Shown in pieces: positions 9,769 through 20,300 of a stretch of 64,000 bases of DNA. The DNA comes from Epithemia pelagica (Eukaryota > Protista > Bacillariophyta): NCBI GenBank assembly GCA_946965045.2, contig OX337234.1:558001-622000 (forward strand), read 5' to 3'. How positions within the stretch are numbered: position 1 is the first letter of the stretch; each line of letters begins with the position of its first letter. The position numbers were made by a program, and so were the translations under genes. Under the pieces are notes generated by a model. The model had not been told where the DNA came from. It saw only the letters and a program-made list of their open reading frames with translations, and made no database searches.

Positions 9769-11079
9769 TCAAAACTCAAGATTCAGCTGTGTCGCAAAGG
9801 TTCCGAATGCAACGGAGCCATTGAACTTGATTTCCTCCGGAGACTCTATTGCTGCCTCAAGGTTTGATTGGATGGCGTCGACGTCTCCTCGTGTGATTTC
9901 GGTTTGGTTGGCTGGGTCGACGTGTCGAAAGTCTGGGTTAGTCAACATCATTGTTGACATGCCAGCCGTCCACTCCATGACCTGGGGTCGGATGTATCGG
10001 AGAAATGCCGCGGATGACCATCTCCCCAGGATCATGATCTTCAAGACGGAGGCGCGGGCAAGGAACAGGGCCATCGCGGCTCCAGAGCGAAGGGAGTGCG
10101 TCCCTATTTCCTTGGGACGGTATCCGAACATGGACTGTCCACCACCGTTGGTGCATGATGATCGGAGGAGTCGGATTGTATCTTCGGCTCTGATGAATCG
10201 TGGTTTGGGCGTGGTCGTCTTGGAAAGTTGGTGTGGGTCAAACCAACAATTCACCGGCGTCGTTGGTGGTGCGTCTGGTCTGTAATGGAGGATGCGCCGG
10301 ACGATGCGCCCCCAGAGTCGCACTGGGCAAAGAATTGGGTCGGCAGTACGGCTTTGTGTGCGTGTTTCATACTTGGCGTCGGATTTTTGTTGGGTGAAGG
10401 TGATTGAAACGAAGTGTGCGAGTTCGTTAAATTGGGGGTCTGTTGGTTCGATTGTGGATCGCAGTTCGTCGTTTCGTTTGAACCGTATGTTTCCAATCGT
10501 CAACAGCTTTGTTTTTCCACGTTGTTTCACGGTGGAGTATTCGCAGCTGCGCATGGCGAAGAAGTATCCGGCGAGTGCGAGGTCTGCGATACAGGCGTCA
10601 AACGTGGAGAGGTTGATGTCGCCATGGATTCTCGTGGCGTACTCCCACATGAAGCGAAGGTGTCGGGGTGTTATCGCTTTCTGTCTTTTCTCGTCGGGGT
10701 CTATTTGGGCCCAAGCTTTCTTTAATGACTCGATTATGGGGTGGTGCCGGTTGCATCCCGGGACGTGGCAGGGGCTCGGCCGGTCGTTATACCGGAAGCG
10801 CGATGCCACGTCGCTAAGGGCCTTCTCGAGAGTCGATGCTCGAAGAGGCTCCGTAGCCCCTCTCGAGAAAGCTCCATCTCGCAGTCGTTGGAGGAAGGTG
10901 CCAACGATCTGCGATCGCGTACGAAGGGTCTTGATTCGGTCAAGAAAGGGGTCGTCTCGGAGTCTGAACAATTCGAGATGGAGGAGCCATCTCCTCCATG
11001 TCCTGTCGACGGCCTCATTGGACGATTCAACTCGTCCAAAGAATATTCGCGCAGCCGCGGTGCGACGGATGAGATCCAT
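9769..11079 (-). CDS. Tyrosine recombinase (integrase) of the retrotransposon
   Basis: Catalytic residues FFAMRSCEY (R), HSLRSGAA (HxxR) and GRWSSAAFLRY (W...Y). Overlaps the RT/RH ORF by 346 bp in another frame. Confidence 0.92.
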   Translation of the reverse strand: MDLIRRTAAARIFFGRVESSNEAVDRTWRRWLLHLELFRLRDDPFLDRIKTLRTRSQIVGTFLQRLRDGAFSRGATEPLRASTLEKALSDVASRFRYNDRPSPCHVPGCNRHHPIIESLKKAWAQIDPDEKRQKAITPRHLRFMWEYATRIHGDINLSTFDACIADLALAGYFFAMRSCEYSTVKQRGKTKLLTIGNIRFKRNDELRSTIEPTDPQFNELAHFVSITFTQQKSDAKYETRTQSRTADPILCPVRLWGRIVRRILHYRPDAPPTTPVNCWFDPHQLSKTTTPKPRFIRAEDTIRLLRSSCTNGGGQSMFGYRPKEIGTHSLRSGAAMALFLARASVLKIMILGRWSSAAFLRYIRPQVMEWTAGMSTMMLTNPDFRHVDPANQTEITRGDVDAIQSNLEAAIESPEEIKFNGSVAFGTFATQLNLEF

Positions 11080-14000
11080 GACGCGATTTCGTTGGGTAGG
11101 GGACAGATCCGGAAGTTCTGCGGAATCTGGGAAGAGTAAAGGGAATGGATTTTTTGCGTTAGAACTTTGTCACAACAATCAAACGTGCGAGAGAGAAGGT
11201 CAGTAACCACATTTGCTTTGCCCGGGATGTGCTCGGGGTGGAGGAGAAAGTTGTATTCTAACACCAAGTCTGTCAGTTTTTCAGATACCCGTTGGTGGTT
11301 GGGTTTGTTGGACCCAAAGGATGATTTGTGCATCCATCCAGTTGCTGAGCTGCTATCTGATAGCCCGAGCACACAGGATTCGGTTGGGACTGCACCGGCC
11401 AAACAATCTACCCAAATCGTGACCACTTGGCACACAAACTCGAACAGATTGTTTGAGAGTTTGAGGTCGGGTTCTTGGCCGAGTTCGTCGGTTTCTGTGT
11501 CTGTCTTGTTTGCGGCTAAGGCATAAATCTCGGGGTCGAGAGGAACATGCCACGCCTTGCCGGTACGGACGGAAAAGCCGCCCATGCCATACGGGCATGA
11601 GTCAGCAATCATAACATGAGTTGGGCGCCGGCAGGTGAGTAGGTTGAGGCTGATCCCTTTGTGGGCTTTTGCCAAAAGTTTCGTCCATACTTGGAGGTCC
11701 TGTCTAACTGCTTTTGGAATCTTGTACCTGAACCAGGGTTTGGGGCGGTCTTGGACTCTAGCGGAAGGTACATCTTTGACGTGCTCGTTGAGGCCTTTTT
11801 TATCTGATCTTTTGGCTCGGTGTTTGCTCAAAATGTGTTCTTTCAACTCTTGGCACCTCTTGGTGTAGTATAATGCTAAGGGGATGCCTTTGCAGGCATG
11901 AATCATTTTGCCCAGCATCGATTCCAACTCTTTGAAAGTCACATAAACTCGTTTGGGATCTAACCAAGTCTCAATTTCGCGCGACCAGCATGTGAACTTG
12001 TCAAAAGGTAAGCGCATCTGTAACCGGCGTGTGTCAATAATCCAGCCCAATACGCGCATTTCTTCTGACGGTGCTCCCTCTGCTTTCATCTTGTCTTCAG
12101 CGAGAATGTCGTTTCGGTCGATCGGTTCATCCGGCATGGATGGTCGAACCAGTAGATGAAGGACCAGAGGGACGATGCCTGGTGCTCGGTTGATAAATTT
12201 TTCGCAATCCACAAAAAGCTGAATCATATCATCAATATACACGTCGTGGTATCCTTGTGGTCTGGGCTCGACGTCGACAGCCATGGGTTGGGCTGGGTGG
12301 AATGGGATAGATTCATCGAGCCGTTGGATTTTGCCCATAAGGTCTTGTAAAGGCGAACGGCAAACAGAGGGGTCCCACTCGTCCAAATCTGCAACATCGT
12401 TGCAGAGGTCGCAGGCTGCCTCTGAAAATGTACTAAACATCGCGGGGTGCGGACGGCCACCAAAGGTGAGACGGGTCAAGAGATTTGCGAAGTCTCCACT
12501 CACGTCTGTTGTGATTGTGTTGGCCACTAAGATTCCGTCACCGTTAATTCTTCGGTAGGCGGAACCCCAGTCAAACTTGCAGATGAGAATACGCCTATTT
12601 GGGAATTCTTGCCGAAGAGCGACGGTTTGATGGATGATGCGGTCAAGACACCATCCAAAGACGAGGTCAATTAAATCCGATTCGTCGACTAAGTCGTTCA
12701 AGGACGGCGCAAATCCCAAGGAGAAAGATTGGTCGTGAGCTAAACGATCTTTGATCACGATGTTACCGTGCTCATCAATTCCGGCATGTTGGGCAACGCC
12801 CAGTGGTCCAGCCCGGCCTTGTTGGATTTGTCGTGCACAATCAAATGATATGGGGAACGAGTAACCGAATTTTGTGTCTTTTTTGCAGACTTTGATAAGA
12901 GCTTCTGGGCGTTGTCGTGCGGAGGCGTGGTTCCCATATGCGAGTATCGCATCATTCTCAAATTGTCGGTTGATATCTGGGGGAAGAGGTTTGAAGTCGT
13001 AACTGGCCCCGTTTTTCAATGTGTCTTGAATTTTGTTCCAGAAAGGGTGGTATCGAAGGAGCTGGGCAATCGATCCTAACGGACGGAACTCAGAGCCTGG
13101 GCTAATTGTCGTGCCTGGGTATGCATCGAACAATCGTTGGAGGTCAAACCCAAATGATGCAATGAGTTTTGAATTGAATTCTGCTGCATCGGCTGTCGTC
13201 TGGTGTCGAAAAGGTGATGGTCGTGGAGCAGGAACTTGTTCTTTGCAGATGTGTAAGATTGTCTCGATCTTGTGTTCATGGGTTGGTGTAGCTAGTGGTG
13301 GGCGCTGAATCTTATGAGTAAAAATCAGCTTTGGGTCGTTTGGTAGATAGTTGTGGTTGCCCCCTTGAAAGTCAACAAGGGAGGGGTTTTCGTGGTTGTC
13401 TGTTGTGGTATTGGTAATGGAAACAGGGTTAGACTCACCTAGCATAGATTCTCCCAATTGGATCTCAGATTCAAGTCGAGAAAGATTCCGTTGAAGGGAC
13501 TTTCCTGACAAGTCAGAAGAAATATTCGGAGAAGGTGAGCCTAACGATCGCGGTTTGCCAAAAGGAATTAGTTGGTGTTGTGTAGTGGTCAGGGTTTCGT
13601 CCTGCTCGTGGTTCCGAGTCGATGCAATTTCGATGTCCTTGATAAATTCGTCGTTATCTGGAATAATCGTTGTGGGTGAAGTATTATCCGTTGGGTCTTG
13701 TCTAGATAAGTCATTCTTGGGGTAACGTAGTATAGGACGTGTAGTAGGTTTAGGTTTGGGGGAGTTCGGGTTCGCAACTCTACATGCTGGTTTCCGCAAG
13801 TCGAAAATTTTAGTCTTGAACTCTGTCGTGAAACGGACGCCGGGTTTGGGAAGGCTTGGAGTGCTGGGGAGCAGAATCTTTTGAGCAACATCAGACGACG
13901 AGATTCGACGTTCATCCGAAAAGACTTGGGGAATCAGTGGTGAAGGGGTATTTGGTACTCGGTAAGGGATGGGATCTGCTGATGGGGAAGAAGGGATAGA

Positions 14001-14117
14001 TTGTCTTCGAGCGATTGGTGGGGAAGGTGGGCAGAGAGATGAGAAGTAAGAAGAACTGTTTCTGCTAGAGGAGGAAGGAGCAACATTACCAGTATCATCA
14101 ATCGGCCCGGTACCATG
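10734..14117 (-). CDS. Reverse transcriptase + RNase H (DIRS-type)
   Basis: RT motifs ICKFDWGSAYRRI, LTFGGRPHP and VYIDD; RNase H motifs IADSCPYGMGG, LSDSSSATGW and HIPGKANVVTDLLSR. The ORF track starts at a TTG (13799), but the frame stays open upstream to the ORF1 stop at 14118. Confidence 0.92.
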   Translation of the reverse strand, partial: HGTGPIDDTGNVAPSSSSRNSSSYFSSLCPPSPPIARRQSIPSSPSADPIPYRVPNTPSPLIPQVFSDERRISSSDVAQKILLPSTPSLPKPGVRFTTEFKTKIFDLRKPACRVANPNSPKPKPTTRPILRYPKNDLSRQDPTDNTSPTTIIPDNDEFIKDIEIASTRNHEQDETLTTTQHQLIPFGKPRSLGSPSPNISSDLSGKSLQRNLSRLESEIQLGESMLGESNPVSITNTTTDNHENPSLVDFQGGNHNYLPNDPKLIFTHKIQRPPLATPTHEHKIETILHICKEQVPAPRPSPFRHQTTADAAEFNSKLIASFGFDLQRLFDAYPGTTISPGSEFRPLGSIAQLLRYHPFWNKIQDTLKNGASYDFKPLPPDINRQFENDAILAYGNHASARQRPEALIKVCKKDTKFGYSFPISFDCARQIQQGRAGPLGVAQHAGIDEHGNIVIKDRLAHDQSFSLGFAPSLNDLVDESDLIDLVFGWCLDRIIHQTVALRQEFPNRRILICKFDWGSAYRRINGDGILVANTITTDVSGDFANLLTRLTFGGRPHPAMFSTFSEAACDLCNDVADLDEWDPSVCRSPLQDLMGKIQRLDESIPFHPAQPMAVDVEPRPQGYHDVYIDDMIQLFVDCEKFINRAPGIVPLVLHLLVRPSMPDEPIDRNDILAEDKMKAEGAPSEEMRVLGWIIDTRRLQMRLPFDKFTCWSREIETWLDPKRVYVTFKELESMLGKMIHACKGIPLALYYTKRCQELKEHILSKHRAKRSDKKGLNEHVKDVPSARVQDRPKPWFRYKIPKAVRQDLQVWTKLLAKAHKGISLNLLTCRRPTHVMIADSCPYGMGGFSVRTGKAWHVPLDPEIYALAANKTDTETDELGQEPDLKLSNNLFEFVCQVVTIWVDCLAGAVPTESCVLGLSDSSSATGWMHKSSFGSNKPNHQRVSEKLTDLVLEYNFLLHPEHIPGKANVVTDLLSRTFDCCDKVLTQKIHSLYSSQIPQNFRICPLPNEIASWISSVAPRLREYSLDELNRPMRPSTGHGGDGSSISNCSDSETTPFLTESRPFVRDRRSLAPSSNDCEMELSREGLRSLFEHRLSRRPLATWHRASGITTGRAPATSRDATGTTP

Positions 14118-16967
14118 TCAAGAATTATTTCTCGCGTCGTTGAAGGCCTTCTTGTAAAATGACGACATAGCTGGGCCTTTACCATGTTCTCGAGGGTCGG
14201 CATGACTGAAATGGCATTGGTTTCCATTTTTGCAATATTTCAAGGTAAAGAGCTTATTGCAAAACGGACGGTCAACACCATCGGCCGTCATGTGGGGGAT
14301 TTTCGCCAAAACAGAGCGAGGAAACACTCGAGAATATTGGAGGTCAGCGGGTATACACCAATCAGCCGGTGAATCGAATCGGACAACCGTTGGTGGAGAA
14401 GGGTCGGGTTCAACAGAGGCCTTGCGTTTCTTGGGGTTTGTCGAAGTAGAGGAAGAAGCCGACGAATTCTTGAGAAAGTCATGTTGAGTCTTAGCTTTTG
14501 CCCGAATCGCTGATTCGATAAACTTCGGCAGCATCTTACAAATATCTTCTTTGGATTCGATCTTGTCGCAGAGTTTATTTATATGGAACTCAAGGCGGTC
14601 GCAACGGATATCCTCAACACACTTGGCGTCTTCAAGATACGAATCGATAAATCGTTGAATCGCAAAATCAATCGAGAAAAGGACACGACAAAGGAAGGTA
14701 GGGTCAACTGCCTGGCTGCTGCGGTAAATATATCGGTTCGATAAGATGTGCTCCACCATCTTATGGAGTTGGAGGGCAACGAAACATTCGTTGTTCCAAA
14801 TCGCGCATGCAAAGAGATAAAATGAACGGAGTTGTGTTTGATACTCATCACAGGTAAGTGGACAAAAAAGCTTTTCGTTCACAAAAATATCTCTCATGTC
14901 TTTTGTTGAAAGCCCGTTATCGCTCCGCAATGAGCTCTCGTAGATAGCATGTTGAATGTCGTGGTCGAGAGCAAGGTGGGAGTCAGGACCAGAACAACAG
15001 TAAGGATCGAAAGAGAAAGGAGAAAATCCGCTCGGATGGTCATTTCCTCGCCAACGGAGTCCAAACTTTTGTAAAACGCCACATTGACCAAAAAGGATGT
15101 AACAGGCGTTGTCTGATTTTCGAAAGACACGAGCGTGAATCGTCGAATAAAGAGTATGCGTACTCTTCTGATGGAACAACTCGGTCGCGATCTCGGAAGG
15201 AGAAGAAGGGAGTTCCAATGAGGAAGGACCAACCTGGCCAAACACTATGGCGTTACGAAGATGGGTAGTGTGTTTGAAAATCTCTTTCTTTTCGTCTTCT
15301 TTCTCACGTGTCATCTTGGAAGTGTGCTTAGCAATGGCGTCAGACAACTTATCGGTAAGCTTCTCAGTCATATAAATTGTATCAGCTGAAATGGGATGGC
15401 TTGCGGGTGAATGTTCATTGACTCTAAAATTCTCAAATGTTGGCGGTTGACCGTGGGGAGGGGCAACAGGGGCGTCCAGCACAGGTGGAGGGAGGATACC
15501 TTGGGGAGAAGAAGAAGTTGGTTCGGTTTTCAGAAAGGGGAATAGCTGAAACTTGTATGACTCAAAGGCAGTCGTTGCTTCAGATGAGTTCGGGGGAACC
15601 TCAATGGCAATAGGTTCCACACATGACCGTTTGTGATGAGCAAACCAGAGGAACCTAAACAGAGGGAGGCTCGACTTGAACAGGTCATGATACATAGGGA
15701 CTGAGGTGCACTTGGCTTGAAGTTCTTGGGGAGTTGACATTGTCCAACGATCATTCAGAAACTTGAAAATGAATGAAGCGAGGAAAGGGGCCGAGAGTTT
15801 TGAGGAATTGAGTTCTTGGGCGTCAAAGTGACTCAACAATAAACCTGAGAGAGCAGGATGAAGGGGGAACAAACCTTTCAAGGAGAAGGTAGTCGCTGCT
15901 TCATCCAAGTCTGCAGTCGGCTTCTTGAGGGAGCCAAATCGAAGGGTATCGAAATGGAAGGAGGGCAAAGTATCGGCTGCACGGGATTTCTTAGACGAAG
16001 AAGGAGCATTCTTGTCGATACAACAAAACTTCATAATCTCGTGAGCTGAAGGTACATCAGGATACTCGACTGAAAGCAGTAAAGCATCCACGTCTTCGGG
16101 ATCCAGCCAAATAGGGGGTGAGTTGAACTTGCAATGGGAAAGGCCAAAGAAAATCGGATCGGGGTTCACGAAGTTTCCGGTGTTCGGGGCCACCAATAAG
16201 TTGTGGAGGATACGGATCTTGCCGCGACGGTCAACACCTAAAAAGGCCAATGGGGTGTTGGAACCAAGGTCGCAGGAGATAAAGCGTTGGAGCTTTTCTG
16301 CACAAGAAACGGTATCAAACTTGTCGAAGAATTCAGACCAGGAGTTCGACGATTTATCCAAAGATCGGTGAAAGGGTGAGCTAAAAGCGTCAGACCAATC
16401 CACAGGATTCATTGAATCGACCAGTTCAAGAGTATCTTGGGAGAACGGGATAGGAACTCGGTAAAGATCAGAGGGACGGGACAGGGAAGTCGGCGTCTTG
16501 GTGTCATCCTCGGATCCACGTGGGGGCTGATGGCGATTAGAAGAAACAAAATCCTTCTTCGAAATCTTCTTATGAGTCACCTTGGAGGAGGCAGAAGATT
16601 TCTTAGAGGTGTAGTTCGCCGGGGTAGTACCTTCGTCATCCTGATCGGGACTCGATGAAGGTTTCGTCGTCTTCTTCGAAGTTTTGACACTCTTAGAAGA
16701 ACGGGACTCGAGACTTCCGGAACTACTCGAACGAGTGCGACGACGGCCAATGCCAGAGTCCTCGGGGACATCAGGAGGGTTACCGTCCAAGCTCAAAAGA
16801 TCGTCATCATCATTCGTACCGTAATGAGATTCGGGCTGGGAAGGCTGCGAGATAAACTGAGCCAAAGTGGCAGTCCCGTTGCCTTCAGTACCGCCAGAAT
16901 CGGAAGGAGAAGCCGTGTCTTCCATGTTGGAAAACATCTCGTCGTCAAAGGCAGTAGTAACAGTCAT
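14118..16967 (-). CDS. ORF1 (gag-like) of the YR retrotransposon with a C-terminal CCCH zinc finger
   Basis: 949-aa ATG ORF directly after repeat A1; C-x8-C-x5-C-x3-H motif (CNKLFTLKYCKNGNQCHFSH) near the C-terminus. Confidence 0.85.
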   Translation of the reverse strand: MTVTTAFDDEMFSNMEDTASPSDSGGTEGNGTATLAQFISQPSQPESHYGTNDDDDLLSLDGNPPDVPEDSGIGRRRTRSSSSGSLESRSSKSVKTSKKTTKPSSSPDQDDEGTTPANYTSKKSSASSKVTHKKISKKDFVSSNRHQPPRGSEDDTKTPTSLSRPSDLYRVPIPFSQDTLELVDSMNPVDWSDAFSSPFHRSLDKSSNSWSEFFDKFDTVSCAEKLQRFISCDLGSNTPLAFLGVDRRGKIRILHNLLVAPNTGNFVNPDPIFFGLSHCKFNSPPIWLDPEDVDALLLSVEYPDVPSAHEIMKFCCIDKNAPSSSKKSRAADTLPSFHFDTLRFGSLKKPTADLDEAATTFSLKGLFPLHPALSGLLLSHFDAQELNSSKLSAPFLASFIFKFLNDRWTMSTPQELQAKCTSVPMYHDLFKSSLPLFRFLWFAHHKRSCVEPIAIEVPPNSSEATTAFESYKFQLFPFLKTEPTSSSPQGILPPPVLDAPVAPPHGQPPTFENFRVNEHSPASHPISADTIYMTEKLTDKLSDAIAKHTSKMTREKEDEKKEIFKHTTHLRNAIVFGQVGPSSLELPSSPSEIATELFHQKSTHTLYSTIHARVFRKSDNACYILFGQCGVLQKFGLRWRGNDHPSGFSPFSFDPYCCSGPDSHLALDHDIQHAIYESSLRSDNGLSTKDMRDIFVNEKLFCPLTCDEYQTQLRSFYLFACAIWNNECFVALQLHKMVEHILSNRYIYRSSQAVDPTFLCRVLFSIDFAIQRFIDSYLEDAKCVEDIRCDRLEFHINKLCDKIESKEDICKMLPKFIESAIRAKAKTQHDFLKNSSASSSTSTNPKKRKASVEPDPSPPTVVRFDSPADWCIPADLQYSRVFPRSVLAKIPHMTADGVDRPFCNKLFTLKYCKNGNQCHFSHADPREHGKGPAMSSFYKKAFNDARNNS

Positions 16968-16983
16968 CGTAGATCCAAAGTTG

Positions 16984-17160
16984 TTTTTGATTGTCTTAGT
17001 CTATCTATCTCTGTGTAGACCTCTCAAGATGGCAGTTGCAATGCTCGCAATCTCAAGAATTGTGAGCATGGACATCGCATCAGAGATGTCCAAGTCCGGT
17101 GGGGCTTGTCGTAGTCTATGTGCGATCAACTGCCCCGCTCCAACGTACGCACGACAGACA
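16984..17160 (-). repeat. 5' terminal repeat A1 of the YR retrotransposon
   Basis: Same 177-bp sequence as 9391-9567. Confidence 0.95.
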
Positions 17161-17328
17161 GAATGCGATATTTTTTACAGGAATTATTAGCAAGGTTGGA
17201 AAAGGTGTTGTTGTTATTAAACCGTCTGGCCTTCGAAGCTCCTAGTTCACCTCAAAGTCCGACTTTGGAAGTGTGTCCACGCACATGATCAATGGTGGTA
17301 GGGACAATCCACATCTCGTTTCTTCACC

Positions 17329-20300
17329 ATGGTAAACACATTCAATGTAGTATCGAAGTATCTGTTGTTTCGTCCCCTGGGACGAATCACAAGAGTCACA
17401 TATCGACCGCAACGGACGGTACAACATGTGCGCAGGAAATCCAGTCTACTGGGAAATCCTACTCAACCTTGGTTCTCGTTGATCACTCCTCATTTTCACG
17501 AACGAGAAGCAATTCGTTTCATGTCAACAAATGATGAACAAGGTGTCGGAGGGAAAGTGGGGGTTTCAAAAGACTCTAGTTTTGTCAATTCGTGGATTTC
17601 TACCAAGGACCGCTTGATATTCATGGAACCAGGAACCTTCGAGTCACAAAACTGGATGGAAGCCCAAGAACTTCTCAAAGCATTACGGACAAACCCGAAA
17701 CTATCTGATGACGCTGTCCCAAAGCGCGTAGAATATATGTTTGATGTACTAGATCGACTCGCCGATGAAATGGAATGGATCAAACAGAACTGTTCCGATA
17801 AGAAACCTGAGTTGAAGACAAACTTGTTGAATCATACGTTGGATCTTTGGCTTGACCATATCAAAGTACGAGCTGGAACAGAGAGCGTGACAAATCTCTT
17901 GCATGCCAAAAAGCACCGTGCGCGTGGAGGACAATGGAATCTAGGCCACCTTTCGGTGTCCCTTGGAACAAAATCGATCCTTTCAAATGTCAATCGATAC
18001 TTTCATGTCGGTTTGTTCAAGCCAAACACGATACCATACTCCATTATTCTACGTGCGATGAACAAGCTGGACGATCCAAAATATGCTCCTTACGAGGCCG
18101 ACAAAATTTACAACCTGTTGATAGAGAAAAGCAAAGGCAATCCGAATGACATGTCGTTTCATCCAAACGGATGCATTGTCAATGACATGGTTGAAATTTG
18201 GGCCCAGAGCTGGCTTCCGGGCAGTATCGACCGTATAGAAGACTATCTGATATCACTGAAAGGATGGTATAAGCAAACCAATCGTCACGACCAGCGACCC
18301 GAACCGAACATATACTGTGCTGTCATGGAAGCTCACAGTCGGATGAATGAGTCACGAGCGGCATTGAAACGAATTCAGCAATTGTTCGACGAAATGAAAC
18401 AAACCTGTTCTACAGAAGAACTTGATGTTCGAACCTACACCCGAGTATGTCATGCTTTGGTCGAGTGCAAGTCTCAAGAATCGGTTTTGGCTGCTCACAC
18501 AATCCTGAACGATATGTGCGACGCAGTCACGCAGAAAAGCAACGCAACTCCAATGCCCAACAGTTATATGTTCAACACGCTGATTACCGCTTACGGGCAA
18601 CTGGGAAACCCAGATAAGGCGGAGAAATTGTTCAATGAAATGAAACAACTGGCATACGAAACGGGAGCTGACAGTTTACGACCAACAGCGATTAACTACT
18701 CGGCTCTCCTCTGGGCCTTCGCCAAAGTTGGAGACAGCTTACGCTCTGAAGTGGTTGCAAACAACATTTTTGAGGAAATGGAAATCGGAAACATATCATT
18801 TGCAGAGCTCGAGGAGACGGCAGTATGGGATGGTGTTCTTGTGGCATGGGCACGGTCAGGACATGCCGACGCGGCTGTCTATATATCTAAATGGATTCAG
18901 CGATTAATCAAATATGGGGAAGAAAACCATGTTCCTGAAATGGTCACCACATCAACGCTGAATAAACTCTTGGAGTGTTACTCATTAATGGGAACAATTG
19001 AGGGAGCCCAGTCGACAGAAGCCTTGATTAAATGGATGAAAAACCAAGACACTGCTGCTTTGAAACCAAATGGTGATAGCTATTATTGTCAGATTTTGGC
19101 ATGGTGCAAGGCTGGCAAACCGGATCAAGCTGAGATTGCTCTACGTAGCTTTTGTACAAGAGTACGTGAACAGAGTTTGGATGTGTCGGCGATCGACCAT
19201 CGTTATTTCAATATTGTGATTGATGCATGGTCTTTGTCTCAAGACTCTCGACAAGCGGAAAAGGCAATGGGTGTGTTCAATCTTATGGAATCACTGAACA
19301 TCAAACCAAATGCTGTTAACTACAACACATTGATCTTGGCTTTGTCGAGAACAAAACTATCTGATAAATGCGAGATTGTATTGAATCTGTTTGAAAAGAT
19401 GAAGAAGCAAGCGAGAGATGGTGATGAGTTTGCAAAGCCGACAAAGCGGACTTACAATGCAGTCATATGGAGTCTTGGATGGTCAAGTGAGTCAATCAAG
19501 TTGGAGCAAGCTGAAGAACTGCTTCGTAAATGTGAACAAGATGAAGTACAACGAGACTGTCTCATGTACAACGCATTGATGTCGGGTTGGATGCGACATG
19601 TACGGCCTGACAAAGTGGAAGCATTGTTTCAAGAAATGAAAGATGGATACAATTCCGGGAACGAAGCCCTAAAACCAACAGCTGCAACACACATAGTCCG
19701 TCTCCAGTCCTGGTCCAAAGCAGGCAATCCCGAAAAGACGTCTGAGGCACTGAATGACTGGATTGCTTCTGCTGAGGCTGAACCCTTCCACGATATGCCA
19801 GATACGAGGGATTTCTCTGCGGTTTTGACAGCATGGCTCCGATCCAACCGTTCCGATGCCGCCGAAAAGGCTGACAGAGGCTTGCAACAAATGATGGACC
19901 TTGCTTCGACAGGGAGATTTCAATGCTTTCCTGACCGGCATTCCTTTACAGCTGTGATCTCGGCCTATGCCAAGTCTAAGTCAAAAGAAGCAGGTAAAAG
20001 AGCGCTTCGATTACTGGAGGAGCTGAAAAGTTTGTTTCGTGAGAAAAATGATCGAGCACTAGATCCCAACCTCTTATTGTATGTAGAGGTCCTGGTTGCG
20101 TGCTTGAGTTCGATGCAGACGCAGGACGGGGAGGAAGCGATTCGTAATCTTTTCCGAGAGCTCTTATCGAAGGAGGCCTCTTTTTGGCAAGAGGCAGACA
20201 TGGATGTTGTGCCTCGATGGTTGCGCAGATTGCGTCGCGCGTTTAAATCAAGCCGCTTCAAATATGACGAGTTGCTAGAGTTGGATTTGGAGCGAATCGA

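Larger units (their letters stand above)
9228..17160 (-). mobile_element. Tyrosine-recombinase retrotransposon with split direct repeats (Ngaro/PAT-type DIRS order), apparently full length
   Basis: Minus-strand order is A1(17160-16984), ORF1, RT/RNaseH, YR, B1(9715-9569), A2(9567-9391), 16-bp spacer, B2(9374-9228). A1=A2 (177 bp) and B1=B2 (147 bp) look identical by eye. No TSD, no DDE integrase or protease, no methyltransferase domain. Confidence 0.93.

Noticed and set aside
10292-11206. Long antisense or alternate-frame ORFs (also 49453..50604, 7284..8153, 34308..34904, 1517..2389)
   Set aside because: They are shadows of well-supported genes on the other strand or frame, with no motifs of their own.
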